From contig JALVDI010000062.1 of assembly GCA_027009115.1 (NCBI GenBank), forward strand, positions 1-45,598: a DNA stretch of 45,598 bases. The letters run 5' to 3'. This stretch comes from Polyangiaceae bacterium. GTDB lineage: Bacteria; Myxococcota_A; Polyangia; Polyangiales; Houyiibacteriaceae. Shown in pieces: positions 17,530-26,319 of this stretch. A program made the position numbers and the translations under genes. Under the pieces are notes generated by a model. That model worked only from the letters and a program-made list of their open reading frames with translations, did no database searches and was not told the DNA's origin. Every line of letters starts with the position of its first letter. Position 1 is the stretch's first letter.

Positions 17530-19041
17530 ATGTCTCGCCTCCTGTGGATCAGCGGCCTGCTCGCGGGGACGGCGGCCTGCGGGGCGCCACCCTGCCCGGA
17601 GGGCTCGGATGGACGGGACGGGACGCTCGATGGTGGCCCGCTCGCCATGGTCCGACTCCCACCGGATCTGGGCGCAGCGTGCGCGGCCCGCTGCAACGGC
17701 CCCGACGACTGCCCACCGGGGACGATCTGCACACGCGCCCGCTACCGCGACGAGGAAGGCCACACGAGCCGCTTCGAGCTCGTCTGCTTGCCGCCGGCCG
17801 CCCGAGGCCGAGCTGCAGCCGGCGCGTGCACTGTCGCCGGCGAACTCGAAGAGTGCGCCTCGCGCAGCTGCCACGAAGGGCAGTGTGTCGTCGCCTGCGC
17901 GCGCGATGCGGACTGTCTGGTCGGCCAGCGCTGCGTCGAAGTGAGCGAAGACGGGTTCACGACGCGCCTGTGCTGGTACGCCGACGATGCCCTCGAGCGC
18001 CCGATCGAACTGGGAACCCACGAGCTGCGCGGCGGTGAGGCGACCGCCCCCCTCGTCTTCGCCGTGCCCCCGGAGACCGAAGGCCTTGGGCTCGTCGCCG
18101 AAGACCTCGCGGGCCACCGCTTCCCCCTGACGTTCGTGGAGCTGCGGGACGCCGAGGATGTGCTTCTCTTCGACCTCGAGACGATCCTCGCCTGGCAGGA
18201 TACGCCCATCCGCTGGCTGCCCCTGCAGACCCATGGCGCCGCGGCGATGCTGGCCCCCGGAAGCACCGAGGACCGCGTGCGTTTCCGCCACGGCCGCTGG
18301 ACGCTTCGCGCGGGGGTGCTCCCCGGATCGACCGCCGACTCGGTCCGCGTCCGGCTTCGGGCACTCCCGACCGCCGCGGGCCCTGGCTCCCTCCATCTCA
18401 ACGTCCACCTGGCCCCCGGCCTCGGCGTAAACGCCGCGTCCGCATCCACCGACACGAGGCTGCAAGGAGTCCTCGGCACGGTCGAAGCGATCTTCCAGGC
18501 GATCGGGCTCCGCGTCGTCGCCCGACGATACCTCGACGATGTCGAGCCGCACCTATCGGTGGTGGACTCCGTCCAGGGCCCCGAGAGCGAGGCCGCCGCC
18601 CTGCTACGCGGTGCCGTGGGCGAGGGCCTCGACGTGTTCTTGGTGCGCTCCATCGACGCGGCGACCCCCACCCTGGGTCTCGCTGGGGGCGTCCCAGGCC
18701 CCTTCGGGGAGCCAGGCACCTCGCACAGCGGCGTGATCGTGAGCTATGACCGCGCCGTGGTCGGTGACGGTACCCTTCTGGCGGCGCAGGTCCTCGCCCA
18801 TGAGATCGGTCATTACCTGGGCCTCTTCCACAACCAGGAGGGCAGCCCCGCCTGCGCCGCCGGCGAACGTCCGCCCGGCTGTGCGCCCTTCGGGGGGCAG
18901 GATCCCATCGCCGATACCTCCACGAGCGACCGCAACCTCATGTTCTGGGCCCTCCGCACCTTCGAGGACGGCTCGGTCAACGACGAGCTCACCGAAGGGC
19001 AGGGCTTCGTCCTGCTCCGCAACCCCTTGGTCTCCCGATGA
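17530..19041 (+). CDS. Lipoprotein metzincin Zn-metalloprotease (M43/pappalysin-like) with Cys-rich N-terminus
   Basis: ATG 17530 gives a lipobox (TAAC). Cys-rich repeats, HEIGHYLGLFH extended Zn motif, NLMF Met-turn. Confidence 0.85.
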   Translation: MSRLLWISGLLAGTAACGAPPCPEGSDGRDGTLDGGPLAMVRLPPDLGAACAARCNGPDDCPPGTICTRARYRDEEGHTSRFELVCLPPAARGRAAAGACTVAGELEECASRSCHEGQCVVACARDADCLVGQRCVEVSEDGFTTRLCWYADDALERPIELGTHELRGGEATAPLVFAVPPETEGLGLVAEDLAGHRFPLTFVELRDAEDVLLFDLETILAWQDTPIRWLPLQTHGAAAMLAPGSTEDRVRFRHGRWTLRAGVLPGSTADSVRVRLRALPTAAGPGSLHLNVHLAPGLGVNAASASTDTRLQGVLGTVEAIFQAIGLRVVARRYLDDVEPHLSVVDSVQGPESEAAALLRGAVGEGLDVFLVRSIDAATPTLGLAGGVPGPFGEPGTSHSGVIVSYDRAVVGDGTLLAAQVLAHEIGHYLGLFHNQEGSPACAAGERPPGCAPFGGQDPIADTSTSDRNLMFWALRTFEDGSVNDELTEGQGFVLLRNPLVSR

Positions 19042-19060
19042 AAAAGGTCTCCCGATGAAA
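19029..19060 (+). repeat. 15-bp direct repeat duplicating the metalloprotease 3' end
   Basis: GGTCTCCCGATGAAA at 19029-19043 and 19046-19060. Confidence 0.85.
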
Positions 19061-19107
19061 CGCCACCCGCCTGCTGCCGCCCTCCCTGAGCTGCGCGGGA
19101 GGCTCTG

Positions 19108-19950
19108 ATGGCCGTCGGCCTCGAGGGAAAGGTCGTCTTGATCACGGGAGCGGGCCGGGGCATCGGCCGCGCCACGGCCGAGCTGCTCGCGCGCCGCGGC
19201 GCGCGCCTCGTCCTCAACGACCTCGGCTGCGATGTGGAGGGGCGGGGTGCGGACCCGTCGGTGATCGAGGACGTGGCGGGGCAGCTCCGAGCAGCCGGCG
19301 CCGAGGTGGTCGACGACTCCGGCGACGCCACGAAGGACGTCGCTCGCCTCATCGAGCTGGCCTGCGCCACCTTCGGGCAGCTCGACGCCGTCGTGAGCTG
19401 CATCGGCAGCCGTTGGGAGCGCTCGCTGCTGCGGCTCGACGACGCCGACGTCGAGCGGATCTTCGAGGTAGGCTTCCATGGACCGCGGAGGCTTCTCCGC
19501 GCCGCCGCCGCCCACTGGACCGAAGCCCGCCTGCCCGGCCGCGCCATCCTGTGTGCAGGCCCAGCGGCGTTCTTCGGCACCGCCCGCCAGGGCGCGGTGG
19601 GCGCTGCGCAGGCCGCCCTCGTCGCCCTCGCCCGCGCCGCCGCCGTCGAGCTGCGACGGCACGCCATCGGCATCAACGTGGTGGTGCCGACGGCACGGAC
19701 TCGGCTCACCGAGGACCTCCCGCTCTTCCAGGGCATCGGCGAGGGCTCGATGACCCCTCAGAACGTGGCGGCTGTCCTGGCGTTCCTCGTGAGTGACGAC
19801 GCCCTGGAGGTCCACGGCGAGGTCCTGGGCGTCGCCGGAGGCCGTCTGTACGCCGTGCAATCGCGCGAGACGACCGGAGCCTTCCTCGACCAAGCCGATT
19901 TCACACCCGAAGACGTCGCGGCCGCCTGGCCCGAGGTGACCCAGCCGTGA
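19108..19950 (+). CDS. SDR-family Rossmann-fold protein with degenerate active site
   Basis: TGAGRGIG and VLNDLG are intact. The expected YxxxK reads VGAAQ. Confidence 0.85.
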   Translation: MAVGLEGKVVLITGAGRGIGRATAELLARRGARLVLNDLGCDVEGRGADPSVIEDVAGQLRAAGAEVVDDSGDATKDVARLIELACATFGQLDAVVSCIGSRWERSLLRLDDADVERIFEVGFHGPRRLLRAAAAHWTEARLPGRAILCAGPAAFFGTARQGAVGAAQAALVALARAAAVELRRHAIGINVVVPTARTRLTEDLPLFQGIGEGSMTPQNVAAVLAFLVSDDALEVHGEVLGVAGGRLYAVQSRETTGAFLDQADFTPEDVAAAWPEVTQP

Positions 19951-19958
19951 GCCTGGCG

Positions 19959-20126
19959 TCAGCCGAAGAGATCGATCACGACGACGCCGCGATCGGCGTC
20001 CTCGTCGCGCGTCTCTTCACGGGGCGGCACCAAGGGAATGGGGACATGCACCACCGGCTGCTCGCGCTCGTTGCGCACGTCTTCTTCCCGCTTGCGGATC
20101 TGGTCGATGATGAAGGGAGGCAGCAT
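19959..20126 (-). CDS. 55-aa small protein missing from the ORF track
   Basis: Read directly: MLPPFIIDQIRKREEDVRNEREQPVVHVPIPLVPPREETRDEDADRGVVVIDLFG*. GC3-rich codons; fills the gap; promoter upstream. Confidence 0.7.
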   Translation of the reverse strand: MLPPFIIDQIRKREEDVRNEREQPVVHVPIPLVPPREETRDEDADRGVVVIDLFG

Positions 20127-20153
20127 GGTGAAGACCGGGGTGTACTCACCGGC

Positions 20154-20181
20154 AATATAGCAATGGCCCCTCGGGTGACAA
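20154..20181 (-). promoter_or_regulatory. Sigma70-type promoter for the 55-aa ORF
   Basis: Minus strand TTGTCA (20181-20176), 16 bp, TATATT (20159-20154), with an extended TG. Confidence 0.55.
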
Positions 20182-20257
20182 GAGTTTGCGCGCGGAGACC
20201 TGCCGGAGGGCTCGGCCGGACCCCACGACCCGCTATTCGACCGACAGGGGCCCGCCC

Positions 20258-21538
20258 TTGAGGCCCGCCGCGCCGCTTGCCCCGTGGGCGCTGTCGATCG
20301 TGGCTCTCGGGGCCAGCAGCGTCGGAGCTCAGGACTTTGACCCGCAGAACGCTGGGTGGAACGGGCTGCGCGATCTCCTGGGGGCCGCCGATGAAGCCGG
20401 CGTCCTCCTCGACACCCCCGCGGAGATCGACGTGAGCGCCCTCGATGCGACCGACGCTCTGCTGATCGTGCACCCTACCGAACCCCTGCCGCGGGGGAGC
20501 CTTACGGCCTTCCTGCGCGCGGGCGGGCGGGTGGCCGTCGCCGACGACTTCGGGCACGCCGACGCGTTCCTCCGCGGCTACGGCATTGCCCGTCACGAGC
20601 CGAACCTTGGCGAGGACGTGCTGCTCCTGCGCGGCAACCCGGCTCTCCCCATCGCGCGGGCGCGGGCGCGCCATCCGCTGATGGAAGAGGTGGACGCCCT
20701 CGTCGCCAACCACCCGACGGTTCTCACGCACCAGGCGCTGCAGCCGATCGCGGCCTTCGACGAGTCGAGCGAGGCGCTCGTGCTCGCCGGCGCCATCGAA
20801 GAGGGCCGACTCGCGGCCATCGGTGATCCGAGCCTGTTCATCAACAACATGATGCGCTTCCGCGGAAACCGACGGTTCGCGCGCAACCTGCTTCGCTACC
20901 TCGACGCCGGGCGCGGAGGCCGAATCCTGCTCGCAACCCCGGGAGTGCCCCTGCGCGGCCGCTTCGGTGACGGGAGTGGCCCGCCGCTGGAACGACTGAA
21001 CGACCGCCTGCGGGACGCCGCCCACGCGGACACACCGCCCATCGCCCTGACCCTCACCGCCGCCGTGCTCGCGGCCATTCTCCTCGTCTTCGCGGTGTCG
21101 GCGTTGCCGACCCGCTCCCCCTACTCGCGACAGGCTGTCGATCCGATCCGGAGCGAGGGCGGCGGCTTCCTCGGCCGCGTCGAGTTCTTCACGCGGCGAC
21201 GGCGCGACCTCGTCCACCCATTGATGGTCTACAAGTTCGAGTTGGAGGCCGAGCTCGTGCGTCGCCTCGGGCTCGAGCAGACGCCACGGCTGGGAGACGC
21301 CGTCCGCGTCCTGCAGCAAGCCGGGTTGCCGGCGGCCGAAGCCGAGGAGCTCCGACGGCTACTGCTGGAGCTCGACGATCTGCGCCGGCGCCTCGACCAC
21401 CCTCCAGGGCCGCCGAGGGTCTCGCCCCACCGGCTGCGCCGCATGGTAGACACGGGGGAGCGTCTCCTCGCGCGCATCGCCAAGCTCACCCTGCCGGGAG
21501 CGGACGAGGACCAGGCGCGCTACAACGGCCCACGATGA
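20258..21538 (+). CDS. DUF4350-like membrane-anchored protein
   Basis: Signal peptide from TTG 20258 (start uncertain; ORF open from 20186). DFDPQNAGWNG, FLRAGGRVAVADDFG, IGDPSLFINNM..GNRRF, TM helix. Precedes moxR. Confidence 0.7.
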   Translation: MRPAAPLAPWALSIVALGASSVGAQDFDPQNAGWNGLRDLLGAADEAGVLLDTPAEIDVSALDATDALLIVHPTEPLPRGSLTAFLRAGGRVAVADDFGHADAFLRGYGIARHEPNLGEDVLLLRGNPALPIARARARHPLMEEVDALVANHPTVLTHQALQPIAAFDESSEALVLAGAIEEGRLAAIGDPSLFINNMMRFRGNRRFARNLLRYLDAGRGGRILLATPGVPLRGRFGDGSGPPLERLNDRLRDAAHADTPPIALTLTAAVLAAILLVFAVSALPTRSPYSRQAVDPIRSEGGGFLGRVEFFTRRRRDLVHPLMVYKFELEAELVRRLGLEQTPRLGDAVRVLQQAGLPAAEAEELRRLLLELDDLRRRLDHPPGPPRVSPHRLRRMVDTGERLLARIAKLTLPGADEDQARYNGPR

Positions 21539-22503
21539 CTGCCACTCGAAGCCCCATCACCGACGCCACCCTCGCCCGCGCGGCGGAGCTCGCGGGCGCG
21601 GTCGTCCGCGAGGTGCAGGCGGTCTTCGTGGGCCCCCGGGACATCCCCGAGCTGCTCCTGGTGAGCCTCCTGGCGGGTGGGCACGCGCTCCTCGAAGGGG
21701 TGCCGGGCGTCGCCAAGACCACGCTCGTCAAGGCCTTCGCCGCCACGCTCGGGTGCTCGTTTCGTCGTATCCAGTTCACCCCGGACCTGCTGCCGGCCGA
21801 CATCACCGGGACCTTCGTGCTCTCGCCGCGGGACGGCACCTTCTCGCTCCGAGAGGGCCCCGTCTTCGCCAACGTCGTGCTGGGCGACGAGATCAACCGC
21901 GCACCCGCCAAGACCCAAAGCGCCCTGCTCGAGGCGATGCAGGAGCGGCAAGTGACCATCGAAGGCGAGACGCGACCGCTCCCCGACCCTTTCCTGGTGC
22001 TCGCGACGCAGAACCCCGTGGAGCACGCAGGCACCTACCCGCTCCCGGAAGCCCAGATCGATCGCTTCCTGGTTCGGTTGGTTCTGGGATACCCGGACGG
22101 ACGCGCCGAGCGTGAGATGCTCCGGCGCTTCTTGGGGGCGCGGCCGACGCCTCGATCCGTCTTGGGGCCCGACGACATCCGGCACCTGCGGGCGCTGGTT
22201 GGCTCGATCCACGTCGAGGACGAGGTCCTCGACTACGTCGTACGTCTGGCGACTTACACCCGCGAGCACAGCCGGCTGTTCTTGGGCATCAGTCCGCGGG
22301 CATCCCTCGCGTTGCTGCAGGCCGCTCGGGCGCGGGCGCTCCTCGGTGGGCGGGCCTACGTGTTGCCGGACGACGTGAAGGCCCTGGCCATCCCGGTCCT
22401 CGCACACCGCCTGGTGCTCACGCCGGAGGCCGAGATGGAGGGGACGCGTCCCGAGCGTTTGCTGGCGCGGGCTCTCGACCGCGTGCCCCCACGAAGCGAC
22501 TGA
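21535..22503 (+). CDS. moxR: MoxR-family AAA+ ATPase
   Basis: LLEGVPGVAKT, RIQFTPDLLPADITG, DEINRAPAKTQSALLEAMQE, ATQNPVE..GTYPLPEAQIDRF. Confidence 0.96.
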   Translation: MTATRSPITDATLARAAELAGAVVREVQAVFVGPRDIPELLLVSLLAGGHALLEGVPGVAKTTLVKAFAATLGCSFRRIQFTPDLLPADITGTFVLSPRDGTFSLREGPVFANVVLGDEINRAPAKTQSALLEAMQERQVTIEGETRPLPDPFLVLATQNPVEHAGTYPLPEAQIDRFLVRLVLGYPDGRAEREMLRRFLGARPTPRSVLGPDDIRHLRALVGSIHVEDEVLDYVVRLATYTREHSRLFLGISPRASLALLQAARARALLGGRAYVLPDDVKALAIPVLAHRLVLTPEAEMEGTRPERLLARALDRVPPRSD

Positions 22504-24122
22504 TGTTGCCGATCCCCACCCGCGCCGCGCTGGCAGCGTTCGCCGCGTGCGTACTGACCCTCGCGCTGGGCATCACGCTGACGAGCGCCGCCGCCGTCTC
22601 TGTCGCGGGCGCGGGTTTTGTAGGGCTGGCGCTCGCCTTGGCCGCCACCATGCCCTTGGGGCGCCGTCTCCGGCGCGAACGCCTCGAGTTCGCCTGGTGG
22701 CTCGAGCACGGCACGGGACGGGCAGCCGGCGCAGCGATCCCCGGCGCCCCCTTTGAGGTCCGCTGCTACGTGCGCCACCGCGGCGCCATGAACCTGGACG
22801 CGACAGGCCTCGAGCCCATCGTCCCCAGCGCCGTCAAGGTCGAGCGCTGCCCCACCGCCATCCGTCTCGCCGCGCGGACCCGGACCGAGTTTCGCCTCAC
22901 CCTCCTGGCCCCCGCAGCCGGACGCCTCGTGTTGCATGGGCTGGCGCTGCGCCTGCGCGGGCCCCTCGGATTCTTCGAGACGCCGCTCTACTTCCCCAAT
23001 CCGCTCGTCATCAAGGTGCTGCCCCGCGCGGCCGCCGGACGACCGAGGGCGACGGCGATGCGTCAACCCGCCTCCACGGCCCGGGCGGGGCGCGCCGTGG
23101 TCCGGCACCGTGGCGGCGGCACGGAGCTGCACGAGCTCCGTGAGCTCGTCCCGGGCGACCCCTTCAAGGCGATCGCGTGGAAAGCGAGCGCCCGTCGAGG
23201 ACGGCTGATGGTCAAGGAGGTCGAAGAGGAGATCCAGCAGACCCGCTGGATCCTCCTCGACGTCAGCGGAACGATGCGCGCCGGCCCTCCGGGGCGACGC
23301 AAGCTCGACTACGCCATCGAGGTGGCGGCAGCGGCGGCCACGGAAGCGGAGGCAGCCGGCGACCGAGTAGGCCTGATCACCTTCGACGCGCGGGTGGTCA
23401 CACACCTGGCGGCCCACGAGGGCAAATCGCAACGGCTCCGGATCTACGATGCCCTGCTCGGCGCCACGGAGATCGTCGACGAGGACCTGACGGATATCGA
23501 CGAGCAGGCGCTCGCGGAGCTCGTCGCCCGCTACGTGCGCCAGCAAGACGGAGTCGACTTCTACCGCGGTCACGACGGCGTCGATGGCCCGGGGCTCGTC
23601 GACCACGTGCGGCGCGCCCTGGGCGAGATGCGCCCGTCGGAGCGCGCCGCGGTACGAGCGTCGAGCCCCATGTCCCAGTGGCTGCGCCGCTTCTGCCGGG
23701 CCCGTGGCCTTCCCCTGCCTCACCGAGCCGACGCAGGGGACCACGGCAAGAGCCTCGCCCTCGCCGACGCGCTACAGAGGGTCGGCGGGCGATCGCGTTC
23801 GCCGACGTCGATCCTCGTCTGCAGCGACTTCGACGGAGTCCTCGATCCGTCCCCGATCGTCGCTGCCTTGCGGCTCGTCCGCGCACACCGCCACCGGGTG
23901 ACCGTCCTTCTTCCCGACGCGATGTCCCAAGCGCCCCCAGCGACCGAACCGCTCGCCCAGACCCTGGCGCGCGTGTACGCGCGCAGCGAGGAGCGTCGCC
24001 TTCGCGAGACCCGCGAGCTCCTGGGGCGCCTGGGGATCCCCGCGCTCGTGGCGCGCCGGGGCGAGAGCCCTCACCTCGTCGCCGCACGGGCCTGCCGGGC
24101 GGCGCTGCGGAGGGCGGCGTGA
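22503..24122 (+). CDS. DUF58 / vWA-like MoxR partner protein
   Basis: Two N-terminal TMs, ELHELRELVPGDPFKAIAWKASARRGRLMVKE, LDVSGTM MIDAS-like motif, GDRVGLITF, SDF. TGATG coupling to moxR. Confidence 0.9.
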   Translation: MLPIPTRAALAAFAACVLTLALGITLTSAAAVSVAGAGFVGLALALAATMPLGRRLRRERLEFAWWLEHGTGRAAGAAIPGAPFEVRCYVRHRGAMNLDATGLEPIVPSAVKVERCPTAIRLAARTRTEFRLTLLAPAAGRLVLHGLALRLRGPLGFFETPLYFPNPLVIKVLPRAAAGRPRATAMRQPASTARAGRAVVRHRGGGTELHELRELVPGDPFKAIAWKASARRGRLMVKEVEEEIQQTRWILLDVSGTMRAGPPGRRKLDYAIEVAAAAATEAEAAGDRVGLITFDARVVTHLAAHEGKSQRLRIYDALLGATEIVDEDLTDIDEQALAELVARYVRQQDGVDFYRGHDGVDGPGLVDHVRRALGEMRPSERAAVRASSPMSQWLRRFCRARGLPLPHRADAGDHGKSLALADALQRVGGRSRSPTSILVCSDFDGVLDPSPIVAALRLVRAHRHRVTVLLPDAMSQAPPATEPLAQTLARVYARSEERRLRETRELLGRLGIPALVARRGESPHLVAARACRAALRRAA

Positions 24123-24955
24123 CCCCGCAGCCCTGGGACCGCTGGGAGGACCCGCGCCGTGTGCTGGCGCGCCATGGGCTGCGTCCGAGCCGGCGGCACT
24201 CCCAGAACTTCCTGACGAGCAAGAGCGTCGTGGAGGACATCGCGGCAGCCGTCCTGGAGGAGGCCTCACCGGGATGCGAGGTCCTCGAGATCGGCCCCGG
24301 CGTCGGCACCTTGAGCGCCGAGCTCGTGCGGCGGGGCGCACGGGTCACGGCGATCGAGAAGGACCCGCGAATGCTCCAGCTCCTCGAGAAGGAGTTCGGC
24401 GAGCTCGACGCACTTCGGGTCGTGTCCGGGGACGCGGTCGCCCTGCGCATCGACGCGTGGATCCCCGTGCCAGGACGGGTCGCGGGCAACCTCCCGTACG
24501 CGATCACGGGCGTCATCCTTCGACGTCTCGTCGAACAGCGACGCTGCGTGCAACGCGCGGCGCTCATGGTCCAGCGCGAGGTGCGCGACCGCCTGACGGC
24601 GGCGCCAGGGACCAAGGCCTACGGCGCTCCGACCGTCTTTGTGCAGAACGTCTACGAGGTGGCGGACGTCTGCTCGGTGCCGCCAGGCGCATTCCACCCG
24701 CCGCCAAAGGTGCACAGCTCGGTGATCGTGCTGCGACCCCGCCATGCTCCCCGAGCCAAGGACGACACCACGTTCACTCAGCTCGTTCGTGCCGCCTTCG
24801 GGCAGCGCCGCAAGACGCTGCGCAACGCTCTGCGCGCTGCCTTCGACCGGGAGCGGGTCGAGGCGGCCCTCGCGCGCTGCGGCATCGACGGCGGCCGCCG
24901 CGGCGAGACGCTCACCGTCGAGGAGTTCGGAGCCCTCGGCGCCGCCCTTCGCTGA
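24119..24955 (+). CDS. rsmA: 16S rRNA m6,2A1518/1519 dimethyltransferase
   Basis: SQNFL, LEIGPGVGTL, GNLPYAI, MVQREV, FHPPPKVHS, FGQRRKTLRN. GTG 24119 overlaps the DUF58 stop (GTGA). Confidence 0.95.
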   Translation: MTPQPWDRWEDPRRVLARHGLRPSRRHSQNFLTSKSVVEDIAAAVLEEASPGCEVLEIGPGVGTLSAELVRRGARVTAIEKDPRMLQLLEKEFGELDALRVVSGDAVALRIDAWIPVPGRVAGNLPYAITGVILRRLVEQRRCVQRAALMVQREVRDRLTAAPGTKAYGAPTVFVQNVYEVADVCSVPPGAFHPPPKVHSSVIVLRPRHAPRAKDDTTFTQLVRAAFGQRRKTLRNALRAAFDRERVEAALARCGIDGGRRGETLTVEEFGALGAALR

Positions 24956-25004
24956 GCCCGCGGGGAGCACGGAGCCCCCCGGAGACGCTGTCTTGGGGCG
25001 GCGG

Positions 25005-25484
25005 CTATGGAGTCGCCTGCCGCGGGAGCGCCCAGGCCTCCCTCAGACATGCCTCGGCGTCCGCGAGGAGCGCCCGCAGGTCGGCGCGCACGGATTCGTC
25101 CGAGGCCGCGACCGAGGTCGCCTCGAGCGCCTCGCGCAGGGTCTCGTCCTCCGGCTCGCCAAGCTCGTCCGCCCCGCCCGCCATAGCCCGAGCGATGCGC
25201 CAGAGGGCGAGCGCTGCGGCGGGAGCGAGCTGCGGGTCGTCGCCTCCGGCCACGGCGGCGAGCGCAGCGACGGCCGCGCGAGGTTCGCGGAGCCAGGGCG
25301 CCGCACGGATCGCCCCGAGCCGCTCCGCTCCAGCCCCCTGAGCGATCCGGCGCAGGACCTCCTCGTCGCCGAGCGACTGGGCCTTCCGCGCCAGCTCCAG
25401 GGGGTCGGCGGTCGGCCGAGGCCCGGTCCGCTGGCCGCTCGCCGCCGCAGCGATGAGGAACGAAATCGACACGAGGACTCGCAC
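25005..25484 (-). CDS. Exported helical (HEAT-like) hypothetical protein (159 aa)
   Basis: C-terminal part of ORF 25005..26393. GTG 25484 gives a signal peptide (RVLVSISFLIAAAASG); HEAT-like DDPQLAPAAALALWRI. Confidence 0.6.
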   Translation of the reverse strand: MRVLVSISFLIAAAASGQRTGPRPTADPLELARKAQSLGDEEVLRRIAQGAGAERLGAIRAAPWLREPRAAVAALAAVAGGDDPQLAPAAALALWRIARAMAGGADELGEPEDETLREALEATSVAASDESVRADLRALLADAEACLREAWALPRQATP

Positions 25485-25538
25485 GGGCCCAGCATGCCTC
25501 GGTTGAATCGACGAGGCGAGCGCGATACCACCGCCCCC

Positions 25539-26318
25539 ATGAACCAGCCGACCCTTCCGCTGGCGCTCGCCGTGGCTTTCTCGATAGGCGCCGCGCCGGT
25601 CGCCGCCCAGCGCCTTCGTCTCGCCGACGCCGCGCAGATGCTCGACTCGAGCGATCGGGACGAGGTGCGGATGGGGATCGAGGGCCTGGGCAGCCTCGGC
25701 GGTCGCCGCGCTGCCGCCGCCCTGACAGCCCGGATCCGCCGCGGGCTCCCGGCGGACCTCCTCGACGTGGCGGTCGAGACCCTGGGCCTGTTGGGCGAAG
25801 CGAGCGCGGGCCCTGTGCTCTTTGAGCTCGCCAACCATCGGCGCCCCGAGGTGCGGCGCGCGGCCATCGAGGCGATCGTGAGCTGCCGGCCGCGGGGCGC
25901 CTCGGCGGCGCTGATCGGCGCCCTGGACGACCTCGACCCGCGGGTGCGCGCCAGCGCCGCCGTCGGCCTTGGACAGATCGGCGATACGAACGCCCTGGAG
26001 GTGCTTTTTCAGGCCCTCGACCGCGGACTGCTCGAAGCCGCCACGGCGATCGGGCAGCTCGCCGACGAGCCGGCGCTCCGGCGCCTGGTGGGTTACCTCG
26101 GCCGTATCCCCTTCGATGCCCTGGCGCCCGCGCTCACCGAGGTCTTCGCGCGCCGCGACGTGAGCAGAGAGGTAAAGCTCGACCTCGTCGGCCGAGTCGC
26201 CGAGCTGGCGACCCCCGAGGCGCGGGAGTACCTCACCGAGCTCGCCGAGGCCCTGGGCGACGGCCCGCTGCAGCAAGCTGCCGAGGAAGCGGCGCGCGGC
26301 ATCGTGGAGGGAGGCTGA
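25539..26318 (+). CDS. Exported HEAT-repeat protein (259 aa)
   Basis: ATG 25539 gives a signal peptide (…APVAA). HEAT units HRRPEVRRAAIEAI and DLDPRVRASAAVGLGQIG. Confidence 0.8.
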   Translation: MNQPTLPLALAVAFSIGAAPVAAQRLRLADAAQMLDSSDRDEVRMGIEGLGSLGGRRAAAALTARIRRGLPADLLDVAVETLGLLGEASAGPVLFELANHRRPEVRRAAIEAIVSCRPRGASAALIGALDDLDPRVRASAAVGLGQIGDTNALEVLFQALDRGLLEAATAIGQLADEPALRRLVGYLGRIPFDALAPALTEVFARRDVSREVKLDLVGRVAELATPEAREYLTELAEALGDGPLQQAAEEAARGIVEGG

Positions 26319-26319
26319 G

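Noticed and set aside
19947-20261. 104-aa plus-strand ORF after the SDR
   Set aside because: The minus-strand 55-aa ORF has better codon pattern and a promoter; this one is its mirror.
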